DNA of 59,197 nt, counting the filler, from Sphacelaria rigidula (Eukaryota), in NCBI GenBank assembly GCA_964200075.2. It is 5 parts of 5 records of this genome, joined end to end, with 100 filler letters (N's around TTAATTAATTAA, not from the genome) between each part and the next. Parts side by side here need not be neighbours in the genome. Positions count along the whole stretch, not along the records: positions 11,862 to 23,622 come from CAXNAA020004541.1; positions 23,723 to 35,481 come from CAXNAA020004542.1; 3 more parts are not named here. One strand, written 5' to 3'. Below are positions 12,904 through 23,850 of this stretch, piece after piece. A program made the position numbers and the translations under genes. The notes under the pieces are model-generated. The model searched no databases. It was not told the origin of the DNA and saw only the letters and a list, made by a program, of their open reading frames with translations. Every line of letters begins with the position of its first letter. The stretch's first letter is position 1.

Positions 12904-13125
12904 CTTGTGGGAGCCGTGTGCTCCATGCGTGCTCCATCTTCTCGCGCCTACCACGATAATCTCTTGAACAGCAAACGCCGCCGCGCATCTTATCAAGTTC
13001 CCCAAGTTGGTCTTCTGCCCGATCGGGTTGGATATCACTAGATAGCACTGATACGCTTGTTTATTTTCGGGCAAACCGGCAGCGGGGACGGGAAGAGGTG
13101 CTACTGCTTCAGATGCTTCGTCCAT
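12904..13125 (-). CDS. SpoU/TrmH-family (SPOUT) tRNA/rRNA methyltransferase, first exon
   Basis: YLVISNPIGQKTNLGNLIRCAAAFAVQEIIVVG matches SpoU motif 1 (N.G.I.R.A.AFG). Donor AAG|gtattg after 74 codons. Later exons were not found in this contig. Confidence 0.8.
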
Positions 13126-13863
13126 ATCCCTACCTTTTCGACTCGACAGTACAGCAGCAGGTAGTGGAGTACAAAGGGTATGGCATTTTAGCAGAATATC
13201 ATATCGTTTGGTTGAGTACGAAAATGGAGAACTACGTGGTCACATTCGACTCCCATGCGATTTAGTTCCCGTTGCGTCTATATGCTCATCCCCCGTTTTT
13301 GCTGAATTAGATGACTGCTAACAACTTCGGGGATGACCATCATATAGATTATCTGCAGGATTGTATCACAGCACGATGACAAATAGATCAAACGATACTA
13401 CATGATAGAAAAAAGTTCGGCATGCACCATGTATATCATCATGTTGAAAGAGTGTTGATGACACTGATGACCCTATCGAAGTCGAATACTATCTTGATAT
13501 TTCTGGCCACGGTATTTTTTCACGAAACAAATGACGGATTTACTATATACGCAAAGATATCATGCGTTTTCACTCCTTGTGCCGCAACACATGAATCGAG
13601 TTCAAGTTTTGAATTTCTTTATCCTCAGAAATTGAATATATAGTATCTATTTTGAAAAAAGGTCAATATTCGTGAGGTATATCCCTTCCTGATCTGGTAC
13701 GTCGTATATACTTGAACTTACACTCCTCCGATCATCGTTCTGTAAGAGGGTGGTAAAAAATAAATATTAGAGTAAAAATCACTACGGACGATGAAATTTA
13801 CACCATACACCCAAGCTTTGTGATCTGTCTATCCTGCTCTCACGTCAGAGCTCGGCTGACGAA

Positions 13864-14349
13864 ATGTATCGCATCCACTGCGGTTTTACGCAGGGGGTGG
13901 TTGTTCTGTCGAGTATATTATTCTCGTGTACCTTAGGATATTTTCAACACACCCACTCCTTCGTACTGCAACCACCGCTGACGGCTGCACCGGCTTCAGC
14001 ACTTCGGCCCGCAACCACCTCTCTGCGCCACAACGTCAACCGCTACCAACGACAACAACGGCATGCAGCTTTGCTACACCAATCGCAGCTACACCGTAAT
14101 CGAGAGGACCTATGTTTTTCTCACGACGACGAAGGTAGCAGCGGCAGCGGTGGCGGTGGCGGCGGCGGCGGCGGCGGCGGCTGGATTGGAGGGGGAGGGG
14201 GTGGGGGTGGAGGGAGTGGAGGGAGTGGAGATGCGGCAGGGGCAGGGGGAGCGGGAGGCGTGGCATTGGCTGTTGGTGGGTTGTTCGGGGGTAGGCTTGA
14301 AGAGCTGAAGGAGACTGTGCAGGATCGAAGGCTGCCATGGCAGAAGAAG
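13864..14349 (+). CDS. First exon of a probable plastid-targeted protein (signal peptide, transit peptide, poly-Gly)
   Basis: Hydrophobic N-terminus followed by THS|FVLQPP (ASAFAP-like Phe at +1), an Ala/Pro/Ser/Arg-rich transit-like segment and Gly tracts. Donor AAG|gtgtgt at 14350. Confidence 0.65.
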
Positions 14350-16344
14350 GTGTGTGTGAGTGTATATGTTTGGAACAAGATGCCGTGTTCTACCAGTGTG
14401 AGATGAACTTGAACACAGGCATGAGCTGATGTGATTGCGCCGCACCCCTACATGTGCGAGCTTGCAAATACAGAACAGTAGACAGGGGTTCACCTACCGC
14501 CTGCAAAAGCGATCGTCTCTGTATAGGTAAGACGGCCAAATAGCGGGTCTTGTGCGCATATTATCTGGGACGGCTAGCGTGTGCCAATACACCGCCCGAG
14601 AAAACTATATCCATAGCAACGGATCCTAGTACATATCTCTATGCCGCCAGTACCACTGCCACTACCACGCCTGTGGTGCAACATACAGTGCAGACAGTAC
14701 AAGTACATTACCTACTATAATAGTAGGTACTGTCAACTGTGAACTGCAGTGTACAGTCAGGTGGCGTTCATGGATACAAGCCATCACCGATCGCATGAAC
14801 GATTTTTAACCCCTTTGGTGCTCAGGTCGCTACAAAATAGTGGGACGTCAATTGGACATGTTCTTGGAGGGGGGGGGAGGGGGTCGGAAAAGTCGTCGGT
14901 TGATCGCACCTCATCTTTTGTTTGTTGATGCCAGACTCTTTCGTGAGCGCCAATATCCAATTGAGATCTACTGCACGCCTGCGCGATGGATCATGCTGCA
15001 TTGTAAACCGCGTTGTACGTGGTGAAGCACTGGCGCTCAAATGTACTCTTTTTCCGATCTTTTGACTGCTATCTTCGTCTCGGAACAGTATCGCCGGTTC
15101 ATGGTCCATGACGGAGGTATCCTCTTTGAGGTAGTGGTGGTGGGGGAGGGGGTTCCCGTATCGTCGCAGAAAGCGTCCCGTATCAATCATGTGTATATCC
15201 AATAAATTTACATCTCAGGCAACGGGCCTTACCCCTTTGAACGCGAGGGTGGGTCATGCTGGCCATGCAGTAATTTTCCAAGTGAAATTGGTGCTGATTC
15301 AGCAGATGACCTATGCTCGCGGGCAAAGGGTCAACCAAGGGAGCGGGGTCATCACTTTGATTAGACTGGTCGATTGATCCATCATGTTCCCCTTCAAAAT
15401 GCCCAACGACACCCTCTTGAAGGTCAAACTGTATTCGACTATTTTCGGAAGAGACCACTCGCGTGTCAAAATGGGGGTATAGTTACTCCTTGCTCAATAT
15501 TTGCGGCCTGCCTGCCCCCTCTTGTGTTGACCAAGATAGAGGTATGTCTACACACTGTTGTTGTCCAATACTAAGCAGACATGGAAACAGCGCAGACTGT
15601 GCTTGTAAGCAGCGGAGAGGTATGACACACAGATTGGTGTGTATTGTTGTATTTCACCGCTGATGCAAAGCCTTGCACGTTCGTACGTTTCAGCAACAGA
15701 TTCCAAATGGGCACACGTGAGACGATATGGCATGCGGGGCAATACGGTGGAAGTGTGCCAGCAATGGTGATCGCCAGCGAGCACCTCTTGCAAAGCATGT
15801 ACCCACTCGAAAAACAATAGTTCTGAACTCGAACTGACCATGGGCGACGCTGGGCGATCTGGGAAGGGAGTCGCGGTCAAAGGGTTCAACAGGTTCACTA
15901 TTTTACCGCCCATATAAATAGTTCCGACCTTTTCTGCTCACCCTCCCACGACTTCCGGAGGATGACTTCTGCGGGCGTAGATTGCGCCAGTAGTATTACT
16001 CCAAGAGCAGGCTGGAAACCGGGAGGTGCTGCCCTTTGTAGGAGCGAGGCTTGTGTAGCGTATCTCTCAACACGCTGAGCACCTTGGGGAACGCTGCCGC
16101 ACTGTCGTTTCACGGTGACGTTTTCAACCCCATCACACAGAAAATAGGGTCAGCCGATACCCCCACATATTCGATCAACAGCGTACATACGCCAGAGTTA
16201 TATTTTCCCCAGGGAGTTTGCCCGCCTGAATCAGATCTACTTGCCGTGTGGAGTTTTGGCGGCATCCCCTCACAAGATGCGTACTTTACCGTTACGTAGC
16301 TGACCAGTCTTACGCCAAAAAAGAAGAGCAAGTCAACTGCCAAG

Positions 16345-16690
16345 ATTCCTGCATGCAAAAATCATACGCACCTCATGTATTTTTTCGACGGTTTCACAGG
16401 GTTTAGTACTGTTGTATTTTCGGTACAAATCAAGGGTTATTTTGCTTGTGGATTTTCTCCGCCGTGTCTGTTCTGACAAGCCTGAAACTTGCCACAGAGG
16501 TAGACCACAACACAGACAGCATATTCCCGGAGCGGCGGCACGTTTTACGTGGTGCGCTAGTAGCACGAAGCAAAATACGGATTTTGGGCAATGCCATAGA
16601 TACGCCCTCAAAACGCAGTCCCTTCGGCCCAGACTCTGCGTGAGACGTCAGTCGATGCATATGTTGACACGCAGATACACTAACTTCCTG
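16345..16690 (+). repeat. Dispersed repeat (copy 1), probably a non-autonomous transposon
   Basis: About 340 bp clearly homologous, same orientation, to 58861..59180 on a different contig. Confidence 0.85.
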
Positions 16691-17233
16691 CTGGATGACT
16701 CCTGCCCCGGCAAACGAACACATCGATCCGTATTGCGCACACTCTGGATGATGTCATTCTACGCGGTACCTATCTTGGTATCGCCTGTAGAGGTGCTTAC
16801 TTCAGGAGACACGGCCGTGCAGGCGCTGTTAGTGTGATGAAGCTCAGAGGCGTCGCAAGCTATAATCTGCGCGGGTCTGCTTGTAGACCCTGGATTCTGT
16901 GACGCATTGTTACTGCGTTTGCTACTGTCATTAGTTAGGGTTGTTCAGTGCCGACCGCAGGCCGCGTTGCCCCATCTCAAACAGTTACTGCCCTTGCCGT
17001 GGTCTACCCTGGGCCATCACTACCCTTTGCTCCTATGGCTGCTCTGCGGCTGTACTGAGTAAGAGAGCTGCTTGTAGATAAAACATGAGGCTATGAAACA
17101 TGTGAGTTCTTAATCAACAGTCTAATATGGATGAAGCTACTTGTGGTTGTTCTTGATGGATAACTAAAGGTCTGTGTGAAGTTGCCCACGTGGGAGCTTG
17201 GTGGGTTGGCACCATGGTATCTCCTGGCACTCA

Positions 17234-17637
17234 TGTCATGAATTTATTGGTCATTTTCCAGTCGACTAGGCTTTATGTGTCATACTCTTGTCATACCTTG
17301 TGTCAGATTATCTACCCATGTTTTCCCAGAGCTTTTAGGATTGATCCCAGCACGTACAGCAGCCTGTCGCCAATAATACAAGAAGCATTTACGCCGTCCA
17401 TGGACTGCGATATAAGAGGTGTCGCTGGTCTTCGTCTAAAGTAAGCCTGACTTGCCTGCAGCTGGTGTTGCCTCAAGCATGCGCTGCAGGTGAAGAGTTA
17501 CTTTGAACCATCCTGCATGCATAATCATCATCGAACTCGGTCGGATCCTGGTGCTTACATGTCTTTTGAGATGACTACTCGGGTGCCCACGAACTGGCAC
17601 CCTTCACCTCTAGACATCCACCACGTGATTCGTGACG
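17234..17637 (+). repeat. 5' LTR
   Basis: TGTCATGAAT...ATTCGTGACG inverted ends, internal GATATAAG TATA-like box, about 19 mismatches to the 3' LTR by eye. Confidence 0.9.
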
Positions 17638-17651
17638 TGGTGCCCAACCCG
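17638..17651 (+). promoter_or_regulatory. Primer-binding site, tRNA-Lys(CUU)-like
   Basis: TGGTGCCCAAC directly follows the LTR and differs by one base from the canonical Lys1,2 PBS start TGGCGCCCAAC. Confidence 0.7.
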
Positions 17652-18555
17652 TAAGTTATTTGCGTGCCGATGGCGTCACCCCCGGCGACGTCCCACCAAA
17701 AACAACCAAAATAGTTTTTTTGGGGGGGGTTTTACCGCGTCATGGGTTTGATCTGCACTGCAACATCAATGTGCCATGTATCCTGCTTCGGCTCTTCCAC
17801 TCTTTCGCTCCGTCGTCTACTTACCATACGTACGTTGAGCATGAGAAGTTGAGCGTAGGCTATGTAGTCTGTTCTTGTCCCGTGGTACCCTTCGTTCCTC
17901 CCTGGTTTTGCCCCGTGGGTGCCCTGTGCACCGTCTTTCCGCCCGCTGCATAATTATACCGTGCTCATGCACAAACAGATCATCGGGTGATCAGAACCAG
18001 CTTCTCAACAGCGTCGCGCCCTACGATATGACGGAGGTAACCAGACGTTCAAAGCACAATGACCTGAGCCGATATATAATTGAATGAAAGGCAAATGCGG
18101 TCGGTACGAGAACATGTACGAGCATCATCAGGAGGTACTACGATTTTTCATCCCGGCGGGCTCGTCATATACTTCGGGCTGCATGATGGAGACGGCTATT
18201 CTTCAGGGCTTCTGGGGGCTGCTGCTACACATGGCCGTGGTGTCTATCCATGCTGCTGTGGTGTCTTCGCCACACGGCTGTGTTGTTGTTCTGTGCTGTT
18301 GCTCGTCGCTGCCGCGCCGCTGCTGTGTGTTGCTGCTGCCTGCCGCACGGCTGTGCTGTTGTTTTGTGCTGTTGCTCGCGCTGCCGTACCGCCGTACCGC
18401 CGTTGCGCCGTTGTTTGTTGAAGCCGTGCCGATGTTGCGTTGCCCTTATTGCGGTGCTGCTGCTGCTCGACGCACTGGTGTTCTGTTGCTGCCTGTCGTT
18501 GTTGTGTTTCTACGCGCGGCTGTGTCGTCGTTACTGTTGCTGCTTTACCGCTGCC

Positions 18556-18556
18556 T

Positions 18557-18641
<85 letters not shown>

Positions 18642-18643
18642 TG
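18556..18643. repeat. (GTT)n(GCT)n compound microsatellite inside a degenerate TGC/TGT-rich tract
   Basis: Direct inspection; it produces the spurious poly-C/V/L ORFs. Confidence 0.95.
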
Positions 18644-19194
18644 TTTCCACCGTGCTTTCCACTACCCTGGTTTGCTGGTGTCCCGCTTGTTGTGTTGCTA
18701 TTTTTGCCTCTACCGCCTACTGTCGGCTGTGCGTTTCTCGCTTGCTATCGCATCGCATGTTGTCATGTGCACGCGTATTTTCCGCCCTCATGTTCTGTTT
18801 GAACCTTGCTTCGATATGATCGAGCTTTTGTTTTGTCATTGTTCCCTGCATTGTATCACCTTCGCCTGACCTACACCTTTTCACCCATAACATCACCGCT
18901 GTACCTAACCGACAATGATCGTGTTCCAGGCATTCTCCATGTCATTTCGGGATTTTTGTTCCATATTGAATTGGGACAATCAACCAACTATGATCAGTAT
19001 GTACTTTGTTTCCGGGGTTGCATTTTTGTTGTGGTCATGGGGATTTGTGGAATGCACATGCAGTAAAGCTTCCATTTTATTTCGATCTTGTTTGCTTTTC
19101 TTTCACCCTACATACTCATATTGTCTGCATCTCCGGGTGTCGTGTCTACCATAACTGTCTTTTGAGCCCCTCGATTGTATTTTGAGTGCTTTGT

Positions 19195-19432
19195 AATTTC
19201 GCGCCGCTGTCGTCTTGCTCTTTCGAGCTGCACTATTTTTCATTTCATGTTCTGAAAATATTGTATTCTATTTTGATTGTCTCATCATTTGCGCCGCCGT
19301 CGTCTTGCTCTGTAGAGCTGCACTATTTTTCATTTCATGTTCTGGAAATATTGTATTCTATTTTGATTGTCTCATCATTTGCGCCGCCGTCGTCTTGCTC
19401 TGTAGAGCTGCACTATTTTTCATTTCATGTTC
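19195..19432. repeat. 90-bp tandem repeat, about 2.6 copies
   Basis: gcgccgc(t/c)gtcgtcttgctc... recurs at 19201, 19291 and 19381. Confidence 0.9.
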
Positions 19433-20719
19433 AAGTAATTTTTTGTATTGTGTTTGGCGCTCGTGATGTTTTTCTTTGACCGTGCGAGTATAGGATATCC
19501 GCAGGGCCTTGTCTGTTGCGCTGCCTGTACTTATCATGCCCGAGCAGGATTCCGCTTGCAGTCGTTTCATCTACCTGGTTCGCAAGGCTGAAACGCCGAA
19601 TTTACCGCCCGGCACATGACATTCCGATCTGCGTCACGTGGTATAAAACCGAGCCATATGTTCACGGAAAGACTTTCAACGTATACTAACCATGTCCTCT
19701 ATTACTGCCGCCCTTGTTTCACCTACACTCTTGTCCTGAGTGTGTCGCATCCCGATGAGGGAACCGGCGCTAAATGCCATTACGTTGGGGAGAACACGCA
19801 GGAAACACGATTTGCCAATGACGGTATGTTCCCGCGTGGAGTGTCTGCAATTGGGTTTGGTTTAGCTAATCCCGGGTACCTTTTCATAGCATTCTGGTAG
19901 CAGGGTTATTACCTTGGTGCCACTAAACAGGATCCCCATTTCATCCCACACTGGTAATCGAGTGTATGGTTTGCTATTCACCAGGTTGACTTCTTGACGC
20001 ACCCTGTACCGTAGTTGGATACCACCTTGTTCCTTCGCGGTACCGTAGTTGGATACTACATTGTTCAATTGCTTCAAACTTGGTTTTCGATATCATGCTG
20101 CCACTCATCTTCCCGTGCATTGCCTTGTCATTACTTATTCAGTACGCAGACGTACGTAGTTCCCTATTTTGCCTTTCTGCCCTTCATGCTCAGCGTGTCA
20201 TACAAGTTGACTGCGCGACTATATATCTTGTCTTTGACGGTTCTCATAGGCTCTACATATAGTTTTTAGACATTTATTTCGCTGATGTGGTAGCTGAACT
20301 CCCTTAGGGGGGGGGGCGAAGTACGAGTTCCTACTGTCTTGATGGTCGCTGTACAGCGTGCACACCCTTTGCCACGAAAAAACGCGGCCTGCTACCATAA
20401 AAACACCGCATGGTCAGAGAAGAAATTCACAAGCCTCTTGACCCAGGTGCTGCTCACCCAACTTTCACCGCCAACATTTGTCGACTACACGATTTTATAC
20501 CACAATGCGGTCTCCTCATAATGGCTTAGCTAGGATATGGCGCACAAACTGGGGACCCGCCTAACAACCATCGATGTACAGCTCATGCATGTGAGGTCAT
20601 CTTTCTTGTCATTTCTGTGCGTCGTCTCTGTGTATTCAGTACCTCGTATCTCACTATTATACTTTATTCAGCATGCCTTGTTTATTTTTTTTTCCTCCAT
20701 GATTATGTCTACAGTTTTA

Positions 20720-20910
20720 CAGGATTCGAGGAATTGGGAGCACGGCTGCTGAAATATTCACGACACTGTACAAATCTTGGCCTCAGAGATAGAGAGAGTA
20801 TGTTTCACGCACACTCTTGAGCAATCGCACCCTACCCGACGACCCGACGCCATGCTACCGTCTGACACGTTTCCCTTCGAGATCTGGACTGGCCGTGAGC
20901 ATTACACACG
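20720..20910 (+). pseudogene. Decayed retroviral-type integrase core (C-terminal part)
   Basis: Joining frames gives EELGARL / TLYKSWPQR*REYVSRTL / RRPDAMLPSDTFPFEIWTGR, matching the Gypsy integrase pattern ER.....L....W...W..Y.......T......PFEL.FGR. Confidence 0.55.
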
Positions 20911-20989
20911 TACTACAGCTATCTCAAAAGTGAAAATTCCCTACTATATCCGTCCACCCATCTAGAACAGTGCATAGCTGAAGTGTTTG

Positions 20990-21640
20990 CGCCCCACATT
21001 GGGGGGATCGAACTAGAGAATGACACCCACATTCCACCTGACCCCTGAATTTGCCACCGTGTTGGATTGCATTGCCTGGTTTTGTCACCGTGTTGTATTG
21101 TCGAGGACTCTACGTTGTTTCAGGCACTGACGAGTGGGGAAAAGGGGAAGACTTCAAGCGGGGGGAGGGCATACTTATTTGCTTCGAGCATCCAAGTAAT
21201 TTCCTTAGCTGCTGTCATCTGTACTGTTCCCAACTTCTTCACCAACTTCATTGCACCCAAGTATTTTCTTAGCTGCTGCCATCCGTACTGTTTCCAATTT
21301 CTTCATGAACTTCACCCCTTGCTTTGCTATGTCTAATGCCAATATCAGGTCATCAATGAATACCTCGAGTAGAGTGGGTGATAACGTACATCCTGGGGCA
21401 ACTCCTTGCAAAATATAAAAATATGTCGATATTTCCCTGTCTAGCATCATCGCACTTTTGGAACATTTATGTCATCTTTACCATCGTCCACACCTTTCGT
21501 TTGACCCCAGTTTCCTATAACTTTCCCACAACCCATTGCTTCATACTGCGTCATGAGCCTTTTGCACCTTCATCACCCCCACAGTTTCTTCTACCCTGCC
21601 ATCGTACTCGGAGCACCCCGCTCTCCCACGTGGTGATGCC
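20990..21640 (-). mobile_element. Internally deleted LINE (non-LTR reverse transcriptase) fragment nested in the LTR element
   Basis: ORF 21205..21450 has LQGVAPGCTLSPTLLEVFIDDL (non-LTR RT motif GV.QG..LSP.LF...I.DL) and the post-RT KKLETV.M.AAKKILG, which is duplicated. Confidence 0.8.
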
Positions 21641-21694
21641 TTGAAGCTTTTGCTCATAGCTGCTACCTCCTGGAAAGGCTATAGCAGTGCCCAG

Positions 21695-21819
21695 CTGAAG
21701 CGCCAAGTATATGATTATGGGAATCGCTTCGGCGAGTACGATACGAAGATGAGGACTGGAAAGAGCTATCTCGCCGGGAACTCGAGCGCCCTAAGCTTGA
21801 ACGGAGGAGCCAAGGATAG
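21695..21819 (+). pseudogene. Tudor-like domain remnant at the end of the LTR element pol region
   Basis: With one frameshift near 21731 it reads QVYDYGNRF(W)RVRYEDEDWKELSRRELER, resembling the G.V..Y....W.V.YEDGD.E.L pattern of PTM/DIR17-like Tudor domains. Confidence 0.5.
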
Positions 21820-22520
21820 ACTGCAGTCATCGATGTATACGAGTAGCTTTTGTGTGATGTGCTATATGATATCATCGCGAGAGGAATGCGGTGATGAAAT
21901 AAGTGAAAAAGTAGCTCTATATTGCTGGTACCGTACGTTTCAGTCATGAATTTCGAGTGTTCCTGTCTTTTTCCTTTTTGTCGCTTCGTTAGATATTGCT
22001 CCCCATTTGGTAAGATATGGGTACATGTGTGAGCCAAGGAGCATGGGCTCTAGCTCCGGTAGAATAGGCGTCAATAGTTACAGAAGAGCACCCCTCAAAA
22101 GCTGCACTCCTGTAACTATTGATCAGTTCGTGGCAAGTGTGTTTTTGGCGAGGTTCAAGCCCCGCACTACCCCAGAATCCAGTCTAACTGATCCGGGGTG
22201 TTGACGCGCGATCAAGCTAACTAGCCGATCGTTCTCTAGTCTAACTGAGATCCCGGGAAAACGACAGCGATCGTACTTGTCTGCTGTTTCTGTCGTTGGA
22301 AAGGGCGTCATAGGTTTTGCTCCTTTCGTAACGGATGGAGTTTTCCCCTGCTTATCAGGGTTTACCTATTCATTATATGTGCATCGAGCTTTCTCCTGTA
22401 CTGTAATTCAGCAGTTTTTTCTCGTTTTATCTTCAGGCGTTGATGCACAGGCTTCGTTTTTTTTGGCCCCTCCAGCCCATAAATCCTTTTTGTTTAGCCT
22501 TATGTATAAGGCTGGAGGCA

Positions 22521-22924
22521 TGTCATGGATTTATTGGTCATTTTCCTGTCGACAAGGCTCCATGTGTCATACTCTTGTCATGCCTTGTGTCAGATTATCT
22601 ACCCATGGTTTCCCAGAGCTTTTAGGATTGATCCCAGCACGTACAGCAGCCTGTCGCCAATAATATACGTTGCGTTTACGCCATCCATGGACTGCGATAT
22701 AAGAGGTGTCGCTGGTCTTCGTCTAAAGTAAGCCTGACTTGCCTGCAGCTGGTGTTGCCTCGAGCATGCGCTGCTGGTGAAGAGTAACTTTGAACCATCC
22801 TGCATGCATAATCATCATCGAACTCGGTCGGATCCTGGCGCTTACATGTCTTTTGAGATGACTACTCGGGTGCCCACGAACTGGCACCCTTCACCTCTAG
22901 ACATCCACCGCGTGATTCGTGACA
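22521..22924 (+). repeat. 3' LTR
   Basis: TGTCATGGAT...ATTCGTGACA, same length as the 5' LTR. Confidence 0.9.
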
Positions 22925-23622
22925 CCCATACTGAGAGACCCCAGCCAGTACATTAGCTATTCCCTCCATATGACAATTGGCGTCGATAAACGGCCCTTGT
23001 TCTGCTTGGTTAAGAAGTCTTTGTGTTGCTTGGCGTTGTGTTTTGCTGCTCAAGCTGTAGTGAGTGACTCGATTTTATTTTTCTGCGTTTTTCTTACCTG
23101 TATTTAGTGAGGTGCCCCTGGTCTATTCTGATTGTCGTGGGCCTCCGCCCACTCTGGGCTTGGTTGCATTGTACAACGGTAGTGAAGACTGCAGTACGTT
23201 GCCCCCCCTTCGCGTATTAATGATACGAATCTGCCCCTCCGTTGGTACACTGGTTGTAGCTGCTGAGCGATTTGCTGTAGATACCCTTGGGTCCTGTTAC
23301 CGCTTGTTTACATCCACGTAAGTGCCATGGTGACGCACTTTGTTGGAACCCGACTACGCGTCGGTCTGGCCGGAACTGCGTTCAACTTCCGCCTTGTGCA
23401 TGTAGCCAACCGTTACTCTGTCTCACCACAGCGTGTTCGAGGGGCATTAGCAAGCGGCAGTATAATGCAGAGAGCACAGTGTGCAGCCCAAGGCACAAGC
23501 TTGGCAGACAAGTATACAACCGTCGGCTGTAATTACTTGTAAATACGGTATACCGCTGTACGTCAGATAAGAGGCAATAACTCACGCAGTAGGTCTTTTA
23601 ACTTCTCTTGATTATCTTGATT

Positions 23623-23722
23623 NNNNNNNNNNNNNNNNNNNNNNNNNNNNNNNNNNNNNNNNNNNNTTAATTAATTAANNNNNNNNNNNNNNNNNNNNNN
23701 NNNNNNNNNNNNNNNNNNNNNN
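23623..23722. other. Artificial contig spacer
   Basis: N block with TTAATTAATTAA. Confidence 0.98.
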
Positions 23723-23850
23723 ACATGAGGAAAAAACCTCCTGTGTTGACCTTCCTTCCTGTGTGACCCCGACTGGTGCGCCCACATATACCAAAAGGTG
23801 AAAGGTGTAGACCGGTGTCCAGAATAGATGGGACGACAACTCACACACAG
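23723..23850 (+). mobile_element. 3' part of tRNA-derived SINE family A
   Basis: gtgcgcccacatatacc...gtgtagaccggtgtccagaatagatgggacgacaactcacacaca matches the tails of the copies at 49556, 50160 and 52567. Confidence 0.75.

Larger units (their letters stand above)
17655..19616. mobile_element. Nested non-coding element (possibly Helentron-associated/DINE-1-like) with microsatellite and tandem repeats
   Basis: TTGCGTGCCG near the left end and inverted CGGCAC near the right end; internal (GTT)n(GCT)n run and a 90-bp tandem repeat. Confidence 0.4.
17234..22924 (+). mobile_element. Gypsy-like LTR retrotransposon, decayed/non-autonomous, with nested insertions
   Basis: Two 404-bp LTRs, PBS after the 5' LTR, purine-rich AAGGCTGGAGGCA before the 3' LTR, near-identical 4-bp flanks (CTCA/CCCA), and integrase remnants in the 3' half. 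Confidence 0.85.

Noticed and set aside
18080..18869. Poly-Cys / poly-Val / poly-Leu ORFs
   Set aside because: These are translations of a (GTT)n(GCT)n microsatellite tract that is open in all frames.
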